Positions 1 through 9,760 of a stretch of DNA of 64,000 nucleotides are shown in pieces. The stretch comes from Candidatus Termititenax sp. (GTDB taxonomy: Bacteria; Margulisbacteria; Riflemargulisbacteria; GWF2-35-9; DYQY01), in NCBI GenBank assembly GCA_020719045.1, contig DYQY01000001.1, positions 128,198 to 192,197 on the forward strand. The letters are read 5' to 3'. The notes beneath the pieces were generated by a model, which was given only the letters and a program-made list of their open reading frames with translations, did no database searches and was not told the origin of the DNA. Every line of letters begins with the position of its first letter. Positions within the stretch are counted from its first letter, which is position 1. The translations under genes were made by a program, and so were the position numbers.

Positions 1-498
1 TTAACAGAGGCTAGGGTTATGCTTCATTATAGGCTACCGCTTAATGAGATAGTTGTTGATTTTTTTGGTCAGCTAAAGTCTATAAGCAAGGGATATGCAT
101 CGCTTGACTATGAGCTTGCTGGCTATGAAGAAGCAGAGCTTGTGAAGGTTGATATTTTACTTAAAAGCGAGATAGTTGATGCGTTTTCTTTTATTTGTCA
201 TAAAGACCATGCTTATTACAGAGGAAGGGCAATTGTAAAAAAATTAAGAGAGCTTATCCCAATGCAGATGTTTGAGATACCAGTTCAGGCTTCGATAGGA
301 AGTAAGATTATTTCTAGAGAGACCATTAAGGCTATGCGAAAGAATGTTCTAGCAAAGTGTTATGGTGGAGATATTTCTAGAAAGAGAAAGCTCCTTGAGA
401 AACAAAAAGAAGGTAAGAAAAGGATGAAAAGTGTCGGAAGTGTAGATATTCCAGATGAAGCTTTTATGTCCATACTTAGCATCGAAGACGAAAAATAA
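1..498 (+). CDS. lepA: Elongation factor 4 (LepA), C-terminal fragment; the start lies upstream of the window
   Basis: The reading frame is open from position 1. The LepA-specific C-terminal domain is present (…[26 protein letters not shown]…). Confidence 0.85.
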   Translation, partial: LTEARVMLHYRLPLNEIVVDFFGQLKSISKGYASLDYELAGYEEAELVKVDILLKSEIVDAFSFICHKDHAYYRGRAIVKKLRELIPMQMFEIPVQASIGSKIISRETIKAMRKNVLAKCYGGDISRKRKLLEKQKEGKKRMKSVGSVDIPDEAFMSILSIEDEK

Positions 499-1542
499 AT
501 GGTTTCCCATCTTTATTTACATATACCATACTGCACAACAAAATGTGATTATTGTGATTTTTATTCAGTTGCAGGAAACAAAGAGGTTTCAGATGAATAC
601 GTATATGCAATGTTCGAAGAAATCAAAGATAGATACAATGGCGACAAGGTAGATACTGTTTTTTTTGGTGGCGGAACACCAAGCCTGTTAAGCGGTAGAC
701 AAGTGAGTCGTATTTTAGGAACACTAAACTTATCAGTGTTCTGTGAGGTAACTATAGAGTGCAATCCAGAAACAATTAACCTTGAGAAAATGAGAGCATT
801 TAAGAGTGCTGGAGTAAACAGGATAAGCATAGGTGTACAGTCTTTTGATGATGCTAAACTCAAAGCTATTGGTAGGTACAGAGCTTGTAATCCTTTAGAG
901 AAGTTTGATATGGCTTTGTCTGTGTTCGATAACGTTGGGATTGATTTAATGTACGCTTTACCTGGACAAAAATTATCAGAGATTAGAGATGAGATTAGCA
1001 GAATACCAGAACAAGTAAAGCATGTTTCCTATTATTCCTTAACCCTGGAAGAGGGAACTAATTTTTATGAAAGAAATAAGAGAATTCATCCTATACCAGA
1101 TGATTTACAAGCAGATATGGCCGAAATAATAGTTAAGCAGCTACATGAAAAAGGTCTTAATCGTTATGAGATTTCTAACTATTCAAAAGTAGGTTATGAG
1201 TGTAAACATAATTTGGCTTATTGGAACTATGAAGACTACTTGGGAATTGGGGCGGGCGCAGCTTCAACTATCAAAGGAAGTAGGATAGAAAACGTGCAGG
1301 ATATTCAAAAGTATATAAGGGGAAACAAAGTAGCAAGCGATTATAAGTTATCAGAGGAAGAGAGAGAGAACGAGCGAATAATGATGGGGTTAAGAACTGT
1401 ATATGGAATATTGTGGGAGGAAAGATATGCGGGTGTATTGCAAAAGTATCCAGACCTCCTTTCATTAAAAGAAGGCCGAATAGTTTTAACCGATAAAGGC
1501 TTTCAGTTTCATGACACTATTGTTAGTGAGCTTATGCTATAA
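499..1542 (+). CDS. hemW: Radical-SAM heme chaperone HemW / HemN-like
   Basis: CxxxCxxC radical-SAM motif (YCTTKCDYCDF) and a HemN/HemW-like C-terminus. The start codon directly follows the lepA stop. Confidence 0.85.
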   Translation: MVSHLYLHIPYCTTKCDYCDFYSVAGNKEVSDEYVYAMFEEIKDRYNGDKVDTVFFGGGTPSLLSGRQVSRILGTLNLSVFCEVTIECNPETINLEKMRAFKSAGVNRISIGVQSFDDAKLKAIGRYRACNPLEKFDMALSVFDNVGIDLMYALPGQKLSEIRDEISRIPEQVKHVSYYSLTLEEGTNFYERNKRIHPIPDDLQADMAEIIVKQLHEKGLNRYEISNYSKVGYECKHNLAYWNYEDYLGIGAGAASTIKGSRIENVQDIQKYIRGNKVASDYKLSEEERENERIMMGLRTVYGILWEERYAGVLQKYPDLLSLKEGRIVLTDKGFQFHDTIVSELML

Positions 1543-1947
1543 GCTATTTACACTAAGCCCAATAGTTGTACCGTCTACCTCATATAAGCTGAGAGTATAG
1601 TCACTACCGTCAGTTGATGAATAGGTAATTTTTCCTTTGGTATCTGAGTTAGCGTATTCCTTTTTTGTATATGGGTTGGTTGGACAGGTTTTAATTAGCT
1701 CCTCTGTTTTTAATGAGTCATATAAATCTTTGGCTCCTAAGTCACCAATAGGGTAAATACTATTCTCTATAAAATAGTTTTCTACACAAGATTGAAATGT
1801 TCGAAGGTTTACCTCGGCACTCATTTGGCTACTTTTATTCTGAATTTTTTTAATATTTGGCACAACAAATGAGCTAAGAATAACCATTAACGACAGGGCA
1901 ATAAGTAGCTCAAATAAAGTAAACCCACTCCTTTTATTTGTTTTCAT
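1537..1947 (-). CDS. Prepilin-type N-terminal cleavage/methylation domain protein (type IV pilin or T2SS pseudopilin-like)
   Basis: N-terminus MKTNKRSGFTLFELLIALSLMVIL fits the G|FTLxE prepilin peptidase motif followed by a hydrophobic helix. Confidence 0.8.
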   Translation of the reverse strand: MKTNKRSGFTLFELLIALSLMVILSSFVVPNIKKIQNKSSQMSAEVNLRTFQSCVENYFIENSIYPIGDLGAKDLYDSLKTEELIKTCPTNPYTKKEYANSDTKGKITYSSTDGSDYTLSLYEVDGTTIGLSVNSL

Positions 1948-2199
1948 TCTTTACCTCCTTTTTGTGTTAACAATGTTATACCAAAAGATTGAGTACGTCA
2001 ATAGCTATTAGCATAAAATTGTTGCCGTAGGATGCTCTGTGTTTTAAAATATATTAAGGTCATAGTTGCTATCAAATACCTAAATCAATATAATAGGTAC
2101 TATGGATCAAGGACGTTTAACTTATTTAATGGTATCAGCCTTTGTTGTTACCTTCTTCTATACAGTAAAATTACTTATTGAAACAGTAATTAGATTTTA

Positions 2200-3336
2200 A
2201 TGTTGTTTAAAATTAATCATATTTATTTATTATTTTTAGTTATTTTTATGTCTTCATTTTCCTTTGCTAGGTATGGAAATTTGTCCATAAACGACCTAGG
2301 CAAAAGCAAAGGTGGAACGTTTTCTATGATTTCTCATGAGGGACAGAATGTCTTAAATATGAACATAGCAAAGGATTTTACATATAAAGAAATAAGCACA
2401 GGGTTAGGAGTAAACATTGTTTTTCCAGAAAACAAACGACCACCAGGATTGTCGGTTATAGAGATTAGATACATTCAATACGATAATGGTGTTTGGGGAA
2501 TGCGTTTTGGAGAGCTATTGGCGGAAACTTATGGTTATGGTCTTATTATGGATGGTTATAGGGCTTCAACAGTTACTTCATATTTTAATATGAGCAGAGC
2601 AGGCGTTAAGGGGTATACAAAGGTGTTTTCTCCCATAGGGATTTATGGAATGTATGCTGGTTCTGGGGTTGTAGGTGTTAGATTTACTCATGACTTACTA
2701 AAGATAGCTGAACTTAATACGCCATTAGTTGCAGGAGTTAGTTATGTTACAGATACTGATGGTGTGTTGGATGCAAGCAGTGTAAGGATAAACAAGGAAG
2801 CATATGGGTATAGTTTTGACCTAGGAATGAAGCTGATTAAGCCATGGATGGATGTGTATATGGAATATGGAGCATTATCCAACAAGTCCAGCGCGTTTGC
2901 CTTGGGTACAAAAGTTGATGGAGGAGAAATAATTGACTATAGGCTAGAGTATAGAATCTTAGGAGAAAATTTCACTCCTGGGTTTTTTAATGCAAATTAC
3001 GAGATAGCGCCTGTAAATATTACTGCTTCTTATCCCGCTTCTTATGGATACTTTGCTGGAGCAGAGTTAAGGGTAGCACCTTTAGGGAAAGTAAGTATGG
3101 GTTATGAGAAGTATAGCAACAGAGATGCAGTACTTAGAGCAGCGGTAGCTTTTAATAAAATTAATGGCATGTCAGGTGTAGTATCTTATGAGCAAACACT
3201 GCAAGCTGCTGTACCATATAGAGTTAATGGAACGTTTATCTACCCGCTTAATGCTGTAACCAGTCTAGTTACTTATTATGAACAAATAGGAAATCAAGAA
3301 GCCTCTTATACTTTGGCTTATTCAATGAATTTTTAG
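2200..3336 (+). CDS. Outer membrane beta-barrel protein (porin-like)
   Basis: N-terminal signal peptide (…SSFSFA), alternating amphipathic beta-strand pattern rich in G/Y, and a C-terminal aromatic residue (…AYSMNF). Confidence 0.6.
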   Translation: MLFKINHIYLLFLVIFMSSFSFARYGNLSINDLGKSKGGTFSMISHEGQNVLNMNIAKDFTYKEISTGLGVNIVFPENKRPPGLSVIEIRYIQYDNGVWGMRFGELLAETYGYGLIMDGYRASTVTSYFNMSRAGVKGYTKVFSPIGIYGMYAGSGVVGVRFTHDLLKIAELNTPLVAGVSYVTDTDGVLDASSVRINKEAYGYSFDLGMKLIKPWMDVYMEYGALSNKSSAFALGTKVDGGEIIDYRLEYRILGENFTPGFFNANYEIAPVNITASYPASYGYFAGAELRVAPLGKVSMGYEKYSNRDAVLRAAVAFNKINGMSGVVSYEQTLQAAVPYRVNGTFIYPLNAVTSLVTYYEQIGNQEASYTLAYSMNF

Positions 3337-3352
3337 TAAAAGAGGAGCCAGT

Positions 3353-3958
3353 ATGTATAATAAAAAACAAAAGTACGGTGAAAAGCTAGTTAAACCAACA
3401 AAGAGGGTACATTCAAAACCAGCAAATTTACTTTATCCTATACCAGCAGTTATTGTTTCTTGCGGAATAGACCCTAAAGACCACAACCTTATAACTGTTT
3501 CTTGGGCAGGAACGATATGCAGTGACCCAGTTATGCTTTCAATTTCAATAAGACCAACACGTCATTCGCATAAGATTATTAAGGAAACAGGAGAGTTTGT
3601 TGTAAATTTAACAGATGTTTCATTAGTTAGAGATGCTGATTTTTGTGGGGTTCGTTCAGGAAAAGATATGGATAAGTGGTCTGTATTAAAGTTAAAAAAA
3701 GCAGCATCACAGCACATACAAACTCCACAAATAGCAACTTCTCCTATTAGCCTGGAATGCAAGACAAAACAAATATTGCAGCTTGGAACACACGACTGTT
3801 TTATCGCAGAGGTAGTCGGAGTTTCAGTTAGGGAAGATTTAATTACTTCAACTGGAGGATATGATTTAGATAGAGCAAGACTAGTCGCATATAGCCATGG
3901 TGCATATTATGAACTTGGTAAGAAGTTAGGTGCGTTTGGTTTTTCTGTTAAAAAATAG
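3353..3958 (+). CDS. Flavin reductase-like (flavoredoxin family) protein
   Basis: Size and sequence pattern of the flavin-reductase-like FMN-binding split-barrel domain. Confidence 0.5.
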   Translation: MYNKKQKYGEKLVKPTKRVHSKPANLLYPIPAVIVSCGIDPKDHNLITVSWAGTICSDPVMLSISIRPTRHSHKIIKETGEFVVNLTDVSLVRDADFCGVRSGKDMDKWSVLKLKKAASQHIQTPQIATSPISLECKTKQILQLGTHDCFIAEVVGVSVREDLITSTGGYDLDRARLVAYSHGAYYELGKKLGAFGFSVKK

Positions 3959-4753
3959 CTATATATTTATTTTCTCAAAAATAGTTCTGCCAGAAGAAAC
4001 AGAGTCTTTGTTTATGAAATGATAGTCTTTTTGGTATTGTAAGTTATCTCTTTCTTTTTGGAATTCTTCTCTCATTCGTTTGCATACGCGTAGTTTTATC
4101 GCGAGTGTATTTTCTGGGCTGTAGTAACCAGGTTTACCAAGTTTATTCATTTGTGTTACCAATTGTTGTCTTATCTCATCCATGATGCGAACTTCTTTTT
4201 TTATTTTTTTAGGAGAACCACCTATCACATAAATCATTTCCTCATTGTATTCGTTCTCTTCAAACAACAGCTCATTCTCATCCTGGGCACCTTTAAGGGC
4301 TTTTCTTTGCATTTTTTCAAGCTCTGGAGGGGTAAGACCAAGATTGGAGAGCGTTTGTGCAAGAAACGCAGTTTTTAGCTCTGCAAATTTTGAAATCATG
4401 AAGTTATGAGATTTTCCTTGAAGATAGTTTTTTATATATTTATCTTTAAGTATTTCAATTTTTTCTTGTAGATTTATTTTGTATCCCATTTTATGGGCAA
4501 TAATGTTAGCAGAAACGGATTGATCCATTTGTCTTATACTACTTAGTTTGACATGATCAGATTCCATTAAGGGGTCAATTTTTTTTGTGCCATCATCTTT
4601 TTTAACGACATTCCATTTTATTTTTGAATCTGCAACAACCTTGATACTTTCTTTAGCTTGGGCTTCTTGTTGTAAGGCTTGTTTGTATGCGTCTAAGTTG
4701 TTAGCTTTAAGTTGACGACTTAAGTCAGAATTATTTATTTTATGGATAACCAT
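3959..4753 (-). CDS. Hypothetical protein, 264 aa, K/E-rich, no recognisable domain
   Basis: Long ORF with a 4-bp gap to the upstream 112-aa ORF on the same strand. I see no motif I can assign. Confidence 0.5.
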   Translation of the reverse strand: MVIHKINNSDLSRQLKANNLDAYKQALQQEAQAKESIKVVADSKIKWNVVKKDDGTKKIDPLMESDHVKLSSIRQMDQSVSANIIAHKMGYKINLQEKIEILKDKYIKNYLQGKSHNFMISKFAELKTAFLAQTLSNLGLTPPELEKMQRKALKGAQDENELLFEENEYNEEMIYVIGGSPKKIKKEVRIMDEIRQQLVTQMNKLGKPGYYSPENTLAIKLRVCKRMREEFQKERDNLQYQKDYHFINKDSVSSGRTIFEKINI

Positions 4754-4757
4754 ACAA

Positions 4758-5096
4758 CTAGGATATCAGCCTTGATACTTCCTTTTCAATCTCTTTTAGA
4801 AAATCAAAACTAGAAACAAGTGTTCTGCTAAGGTCTTTTAGTTCATTAAGCTTTGTATTGATAAAGAAAAGCGAACCAGCATCATTTTTATTTTCTATAA
4901 GTTGACCGTCGATTGTCATTTGCTCAACAGCAGGGTCAGCTAAATCTAGAGTAATTTTGTTAATAGTGCCCTCTAAGGTTTTCATAAAAGTTTTTCTATC
5001 ACCAAGATAGTATTTTTCATTACGGTTGGTAATTAGAAGAGATTGTTTTGCGTCGTCGCTTTTGTAAAGATTAGCACCACTTATAAAACCTGACAT
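4758..5096 (-). CDS. Hypothetical small protein, 112 aa
   Basis: ORF tightly coupled to the downstream 264-aa ORF. No motif recognised. Confidence 0.45.
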   Translation of the reverse strand: MSGFISGANLYKSDDAKQSLLITNRNEKYYLGDRKTFMKTLEGTINKITLDLADPAVEQMTIDGQLIENKNDAGSLFFINTKLNELKDLSRTLVSSFDFLKEIEKEVSRLIS

Positions 5097-5188
5097 TTTT
5101 CGCTCCCTTCGTTAACTTATACGATTACTTAGACACGTATAATATCGACAAAGTTCCGCCTATTTATTCATGGTAAATTCTTGATGGA

Positions 5189-5635
5189 TTATTTAAGCTG
5201 TCTGATTGCTTCATAAAGTACGATACCTACGCTTGTAGCGAGGTTGATGCTTCTTACTTTTTCATTAAACATTGGGATTGTAATTCCGGTATCTGCAGAG
5301 AAGATAAGGTCCTCAGGTAGACCACGTGACTCGGGGCCAAACACAAGAAAATCATCGTTTTTAAATTCAACATCTGTATAAAGCTTAGTCGCTTTAGTAG
5401 AAAGATAATAAAAAGTATTGTTCGGAAAGTTAGCATGAAGTTCCTGGATACTTTTAACGAGTTTGTAATTCACGTGTTCCCAGTAGTCTAAGCCTGCTCT
5501 TTTAAGGTGTTTGTCATCTAAGGAAAATCCGAGTGGCTCTATTAAATATAGTGGTGTGTTGGTAGCAAGGCAAATACGTGCAATGTTGCCTGTGTTGGGT
5601 GGTATTTCAGGCTCATAAAGTACGATGCTAACCAT
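5189..5635 (-). CDS. trmL: SpoU/TrmL-family tRNA 2'-O-methyltransferase
   Basis: SPOUT motifs (EPEIPPNTGNIARIC; FGPESRGLP; …SINLATSVGIVLYE). Size of about 150 aa is typical of TrmL. Confidence 0.8.
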   Translation of the reverse strand: MVSIVLYEPEIPPNTGNIARICLATNTPLYLIEPLGFSLDDKHLKRAGLDYWEHVNYKLVKSIQELHANFPNNTFYYLSTKATKLYTDVEFKNDDFLVFGPESRGLPEDLIFSADTGITIPMFNEKVRSINLATSVGIVLYEAIRQLK

Positions 5636-5652
5636 GTAAGAAGTATAGCTTG

Positions 5653-6591
5653 TTATTTAAAAGTGTGACAATGACCTGAAATGTCTTCTAGTAAATCAAG
5701 TAAATCTCTTTTAGATGTCATAGCATTTCCAGCAAGTCTTAGTTCTTGAGCGTTAGGTAGTCCTCGCAGGTATTTACTAATGAATTTACGAAAAAGGGTA
5801 GCAGCCTTCTTTTCCCCATGGAAATCTACCATGTTGTTGAAGTGAAGCAGTATGGTTTCATGCAGTGAAAGCCTGTCTCTGTTTAGGTATTCACTTAGTA
5901 GCCATGGGTTTCCCCATAAGCCCCTACCAAGCATAATAGCATCAACATCAAAAGCATTTAAGGTTGTAGTTATGTTTTCAGCTGTTTTAATGTCGCCAGA
6001 ACCTATAATTATCCCAGTGTATACAGGACGGATAGCATTTATTTTATCCCAATCTGCCTTGCCAGCGTACATTTGAATAGCGTATCTTGGGTGTAAACAG
6101 AGCACGTTTACTCCATTATTTTCAGCTATTTTGCACATTTCAAGGTAATTCTCTTCAGATCCATTCCAGCCGAGTCTTATTTTGATAGAAAGAGGAATTG
6201 TAATGGCAGAACGAATTTTCTTAATAATGCTTTCTGAAAGGTTTAGGTTTCTAGCAAGCGCAGCACCAGCATTCTGTTTAGCTACCTTTTTAACAGGACA
6301 ACCAAAGTTAATATCAATCATGTCTGCACCCTCTGACTCAAAATGCTTTGCAGCATAAGCCATTGCATCTGGATCTGAGCCAAATATCTGAACTGCTATT
6401 GGGTGCTCGTTCTTTTTAAAAGTAAAATTTAGGCTTTTTTTATCACCTTTAACAATTCCAATTGCTGAAATCATTTCTGTGTAACAAAGTTTAGCACCAA
6501 AATCTCTGCAAAGTTTTCTGAAAGGCGGGTCCGTGATGCCGGCCATAGGGGCGATTACGAGTTTAGAATCTTTAATTACATCGAGCACCAT
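5653..6591 (-). CDS. dus: tRNA-dihydrouridine synthase
   Basis: Dus family TIM-barrel with N-terminal motif MAGITDPPFRKLCRDFGA…TEMIS. Confidence 0.85.
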   Translation of the reverse strand: MVLDVIKDSKLVIAPMAGITDPPFRKLCRDFGAKLCYTEMISAIGIVKGDKKSLNFTFKKNEHPIAVQIFGSDPDAMAYAAKHFESEGADMIDINFGCPVKKVAKQNAGAALARNLNLSESIIKKIRSAITIPLSIKIRLGWNGSEENYLEMCKIAENNGVNVLCLHPRYAIQMYAGKADWDKINAIRPVYTGIIIGSGDIKTAENITTTLNAFDVDAIMLGRGLWGNPWLLSEYLNRDRLSLHETILLHFNNMVDFHGEKKAATLFRKFISKYLRGLPNAQELRLAGNAMTSKRDLLDLLEDISGHCHTFK

Positions 6592-6685
6592 AAGTTTATT
6601 TTAGGATAAAAACAGACAATAGTCATTGGAAAACTGTGTGTATATCTAAACATGGTTACTTAGTATGGGGAGAGAATATTTCAAG

Positions 6686-6730
6686 AAGATAAAAGGGGCA
6701 TTCTTCCGATTAAAGAGAAAGGAGAATGCC
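6686..6730 (-). terminator. Putative rho-independent terminator downstream of parB
   Basis: An 8-bp perfect stem (GGCATTCT / AGAATGCC) with a 17-nt loop, followed on the minus strand by CCUUUUAUCUUC. Confidence 0.45.
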
Positions 6731-6837
6731 TTGATACAATATTATACGTTTATTTTAGGGGGAACAATGGAAGGTAAATTTAATCTTAGAATACAAATGG
6801 TGGATGATATTGGAGCAGAAGAAATGGATAGATTTTT

Positions 6838-7653
6838 TTAGATATTTTCTAAAAAAGCCATAATTTTATGGAATTCCTCTTGTGATTTATATTTAATATT
6901 AAAAAACCCAGAATCTTTTGATGTTTTTTTGCAGATGATAGAGTATTTATCATTATTAATTTTTATTAAAGAAGAAGAGGTATTTTTTGCTTTTTTAGAG
7001 ATAATTTTTGTTTCAATATCTCTAACAGTAAGGCTATTATTTTCTATTTGAGAAAGCATTTTGTTTTGTTCTTCATGAGAAGAAAGCTGAAGTAGCTTTC
7101 TGGCGTGTCCTTCTGAAATAGTGTTTTTTTCAAGTGCTTTTTTACATTCTGGTGAAAGGTCAAGAAGACGGACAGTGTTAGCAACAGCTGGTCTACTTTT
7201 TCCAATAATTTCAGCAAGCTCAGCCTGAGTCATATTATTTTCTACCATGATTTTTTTATAACACTCACCTTGTTCAATAGGGCTAATATCTTCTCTTTGG
7301 ATGTTTTCAATAAGAGCCATAAGCATGCTTTCTTTGTCAGTTACTTGTTCTTTTATGATTGCTGGTATTGACGTATAGCCAAGTTGCTTAGCGGCACGTA
7401 GACGTCGTTCGCCTGATATTAGTTCATACCCAAAATCCTTTTTTCTAACGACAATAGGCTGAATAAGACCATTTTCTTTGATAGAGCTAGCTAGCTCAGC
7501 TAGGGATTCTGCTTTGAAAATAATTCTAGGCTGATAAGGATTAGTTTTAATACTGTTAATTAGGACAGATTGAAGTTCAGTATTTGTAACTCCGGCTGAT
7601 GCTTTTTCTGGAAGTAGTGCAGATAATCCTCTACCTAGTTTATTTTTAGACAT
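6838..7653 (-). CDS. parB: Chromosome partitioning protein ParB (Spo0J)
   Basis: ParB box motifs (…LISGERRLRAAK…; HTH AELAEIIGKSRPAVANTVRLL). Overlaps parA by 8 bp. Confidence 0.92.
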   Translation of the reverse strand: MSKNKLGRGLSALLPEKASAGVTNTELQSVLINSIKTNPYQPRIIFKAESLAELASSIKENGLIQPIVVRKKDFGYELISGERRLRAAKQLGYTSIPAIIKEQVTDKESMLMALIENIQREDISPIEQGECYKKIMVENNMTQAELAEIIGKSRPAVANTVRLLDLSPECKKALEKNTISEGHARKLLQLSSHEEQNKMLSQIENNSLTVRDIETKIISKKAKNTSSSLIKINNDKYSIICKKTSKDSGFFNIKYKSQEEFHKIMAFLENI

Positions 7654-8401
7654 TAATAATCTCCTTTATTAAGTTCTTGTATGCTTTTGCGCCTTTTGAC
7701 TTCTTGTCATAATTAATAATCGGTTCGCCGAAGCTAGGAGCTTCGCTTAGTTTAACATTTCTTGGAATAACAGTTTCAAAAACTAGAGCTCCAAGATGTT
7801 GTCTGGCTTCTTCGTCAACTTGTCTGCTTAGTCCAAGACGGCTATCGTACATCGTCATAAGTACGCCCTTTATTTTTAGTTCAGGGTTAAGTGCGTTTTT
7901 TACTGTGTCGATGGTTTGTGTTAACCTTGCAAGGCCTTCCAGGGCAAAGTATTCACACTGAACTGGAATAATAACCTCTGTCGAGGCTGTTAGTGCGTTT
8001 ATAGTTAGCAGACCAAGAGAAGGAGGGCAGTCAATAATAATAATTTCAAAGTCGTCGCCTAATTTTGTGATCATTTTTTTCAAAAAGTGTTCTCTATTAA
8101 ATTCTGATACAAGCTCAATTTCTGCACCAGCCAAGTCTTTGGTTGCTGGCATAATCGAAAGGTTGCTTATGGCAGTAGGGTAAACGGCTTGTCTTGGATC
8201 AATGTTTCCAAGCATAGCCTCATAAACGCTTCTGTTAAAGTTGTTTTCGTATAACCCAAGACCACTTGTTGCATTTGCTTGAGGGTCTAAGTCTATTAGT
8301 AAAGTTCGTTTGCTTTTTTTGCCAAGCATAGCGGCGATATTGACCGAAGAGGTAGTTTTCCCAACGCCACCCTTTTGGTTTACTAAAGAAATTATACGCA
8401 T
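7646..8401 (-). CDS. parA: Chromosome partitioning ATPase ParA (Soj)
   Basis: Deviant Walker A motif KGGVGKTT. Whole-length resemblance to ParA/Soj. Confidence 0.92.
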   Translation of the reverse strand: MRIISLVNQKGGVGKTTSSVNIAAMLGKKSKRTLLIDLDPQANATSGLGLYENNFNRSVYEAMLGNIDPRQAVYPTAISNLSIMPATKDLAGAEIELVSEFNREHFLKKMITKLGDDFEIIIIDCPPSLGLLTINALTASTEVIIPVQCEYFALEGLARLTQTIDTVKNALNPELKIKGVLMTMYDSRLGLSRQVDEEARQHLGALVFETVIPRNVKLSEAPSFGEPIINYDKKSKGAKAYKNLIKEIINV

Positions 8402-9078
8402 ATCATACTCCTTAATGGTTTATTCTTGGCTTCGCCGTTTTTTCTTGGAAGCTTTATTTTGGCTTTTTTTGCTTTATTAAATACCACAAGCTGTCTATTC
8501 TTCTGAAAATGAGAATATGGAAAGATTTTATGCCCCTTAAAGCCAAGCTGGTTGACTACAAGCAAGGCATCAGTAAGCTCCTGCTCAATTTCTTCTGATT
8601 TCATGGCAATTAGTAAGCCGTTAGTTTTTAGTAAAGGAGAAGAGTATTCCATTAAAACATCAAGGGAGGTTAATGCTTTTGCGCAGACAATGTCTGAATC
8701 TTCAGGGCAACCAAGATCCTCAATTCTTGTATGTATGGCTGATGCGTTTGTTATTTCAAGTTCAGTTAATACTAGATTTATAAAATCAATCTTTTTTTTG
8801 TTTGAGTCTACCATGACAACTTTTTTGTCTGGATTTTCTAGGGCGATAACAAGACCAGGAAATCCAGCTCCAGATCCAAGATCAAGAACTTTTATGTTTC
8901 CCTTATGGTTGTTAGAAATATACTGGGCTAGAGCCGTGCTGTCAACTATGTGTTGGTCATACATGCCTTGCCATTCTTTGATTCCAGATAGGTTATGAAT
9001 CTGGTTTTCCCTAAACAACAGGTCAATTATTTTATGATATGTATCTTGATTGGTTTCAGATTGTTTCACGTGAAACAT
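8392..9078 (-). CDS. rsmG: 16S rRNA (guanine527-N7)-methyltransferase RsmG (GidB)
   Basis: SAM-binding motif LDLGSGAGFPG. Gene order is rsmG-parA-parB. The start codon lies inside a parS site. Confidence 0.85.
   Translation of the reverse strand: MFHVKQSETNQDTYHKIIDLLFRENQIHNLSGIKEWQGMYDQHIVDSTALAQYISNNHKGNIKVLDLGSGAGFPGLVIALENPDKKVVMVDSNKKKIDFINLVLTELEITNASAIHTRIEDLGCPEDSDIVCAKALTSLDVLMEYSSPLLKTNGLLIAMKSEEIEQELTDALLVVNQLGFKGHKIFPYSHFQKNRQLVVFNKAKKAKIKLPRKNGEAKNKPLRSMICV
9062..9077. promoter_or_regulatory. parS centromere-like site no. 1 (TGTTTCACGTGAAACA), overlapping the rsmG start codon
   Basis: Perfect 16-bp palindrome identical to the canonical parS consensus. It lies next to parAB. 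Confidence 0.8.
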
Positions 9079-9127
9079 TATGCCACAAATTTGTTGTTTT
9101 TATAAGTTTAAGATTTAATGAAAAATA

Positions 9128-9508
9128 TTAGTATATTGTGTTTTTATAACTGATGTCTATTTTTTCATAAAATGGATAACTGTATGCGGTTATGTGGCAG
9201 ACTGTTTGTTCTATTGATTCAATAAGGCAGGCCTTAATTGAGCACGAGTAGACGGTGATAGGTCCTTTGTTGCTTGGAATTTGTATTATAGGTGGAGAGT
9301 ATATTTTTTGTAGTTCTTTTTGTAATATTTCGTAGACGCTGTATATTTTTGTAACAAGATATGACTCTTGTTTGTAGCCATATAGGCTGTTGTAGGTTTT
9401 TAGAGAATTTACCAACGTGGATATGTAGTTTGATGTCATGTCTGCGTATTTAATCTCGAGTGGATTTTCGCTATTTTTGTATGTGATTACTTTTTCCCCT
9501 GTTAACAT
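9128..9508 (-). CDS. Hypothetical protein, 126 aa (orphan)
   Basis: The ORF has a strong SD (GGAGG 7 nt upstream of the ATG). No recognisable domain. It lies between two parS sites. Confidence 0.45.
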   Translation of the reverse strand: MLTGEKVITYKNSENPLEIKYADMTSNYISTLVNSLKTYNSLYGYKQESYLVTKIYSVYEILQKELQKIYSPPIIQIPSNKGPITVYSCSIKACLIESIEQTVCHITAYSYPFYEKIDISYKNTIY

Positions 9509-9720
9509 TTTGCCCCTCCATAAGTCTTTTTCCCAACAACTCTAGTATACATAAGTAATGTGAACGCAGTGTTTATTTGGTGTTACATTTCTAATTTGGG
9601 GCTTGTTTGTCGCAAAATTTGCGCCATGTGTTGTGGTTGTTGGTGCAGTGATGATTGTTGTCTGGTTTTGCTTAAGGGTGTATATGAAGTTTATATTTTT
9701 TAGTTTACATAAAAGAAATA

Positions 9721-9736
9721 TGTTTCACGTGAAACA
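9721..9736. promoter_or_regulatory. parS centromere-like site no. 2, 25 bp upstream of the nadE ATG
   Basis: Perfect TGTTTCACGTGAAACA. Confidence 0.8.
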
Positions 9737-9760
9737 ATTTAAGGTGATAAAATATATATT

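Noticed and set aside
561-863. Numerous 60-150-aa ORFs in the six-frame track lie antisense to or overlapping long genes. Examples are 561-863(-), 8552-8998(+), 10074-10292(-), 12801-13040(-), 14289-14528(+), 19015-19212(+), 32011-32196(+), 53264-53455(+) and 60267-60497(+).
   Set aside because: They lie entirely within well-supported genes on the other strand or frame, have low-complexity or biased composition, and lack RBSs. I treated them as shadow ORFs.
2102-2200. A 32-aa hydrophobic ORF (MDQGRLTYLMVSAFVVTFFYTVKLLIETVIRF) whose stop overlaps the OMP gene ATG (TAATG).
   Set aside because: There is no recognisable SD and it is too short to evaluate. It could be a leader peptide but I cannot support it.
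9200-9225. A sigma-54-like element, tGGcagactgtTTGTt. I also scanned the window for TGGCAC-N5-TTGC.
   Set aside because: The -12 GC is absent (TTGT) and it lies inside a coding region. I found no convincing sigma-54 promoter anywhere in the window.
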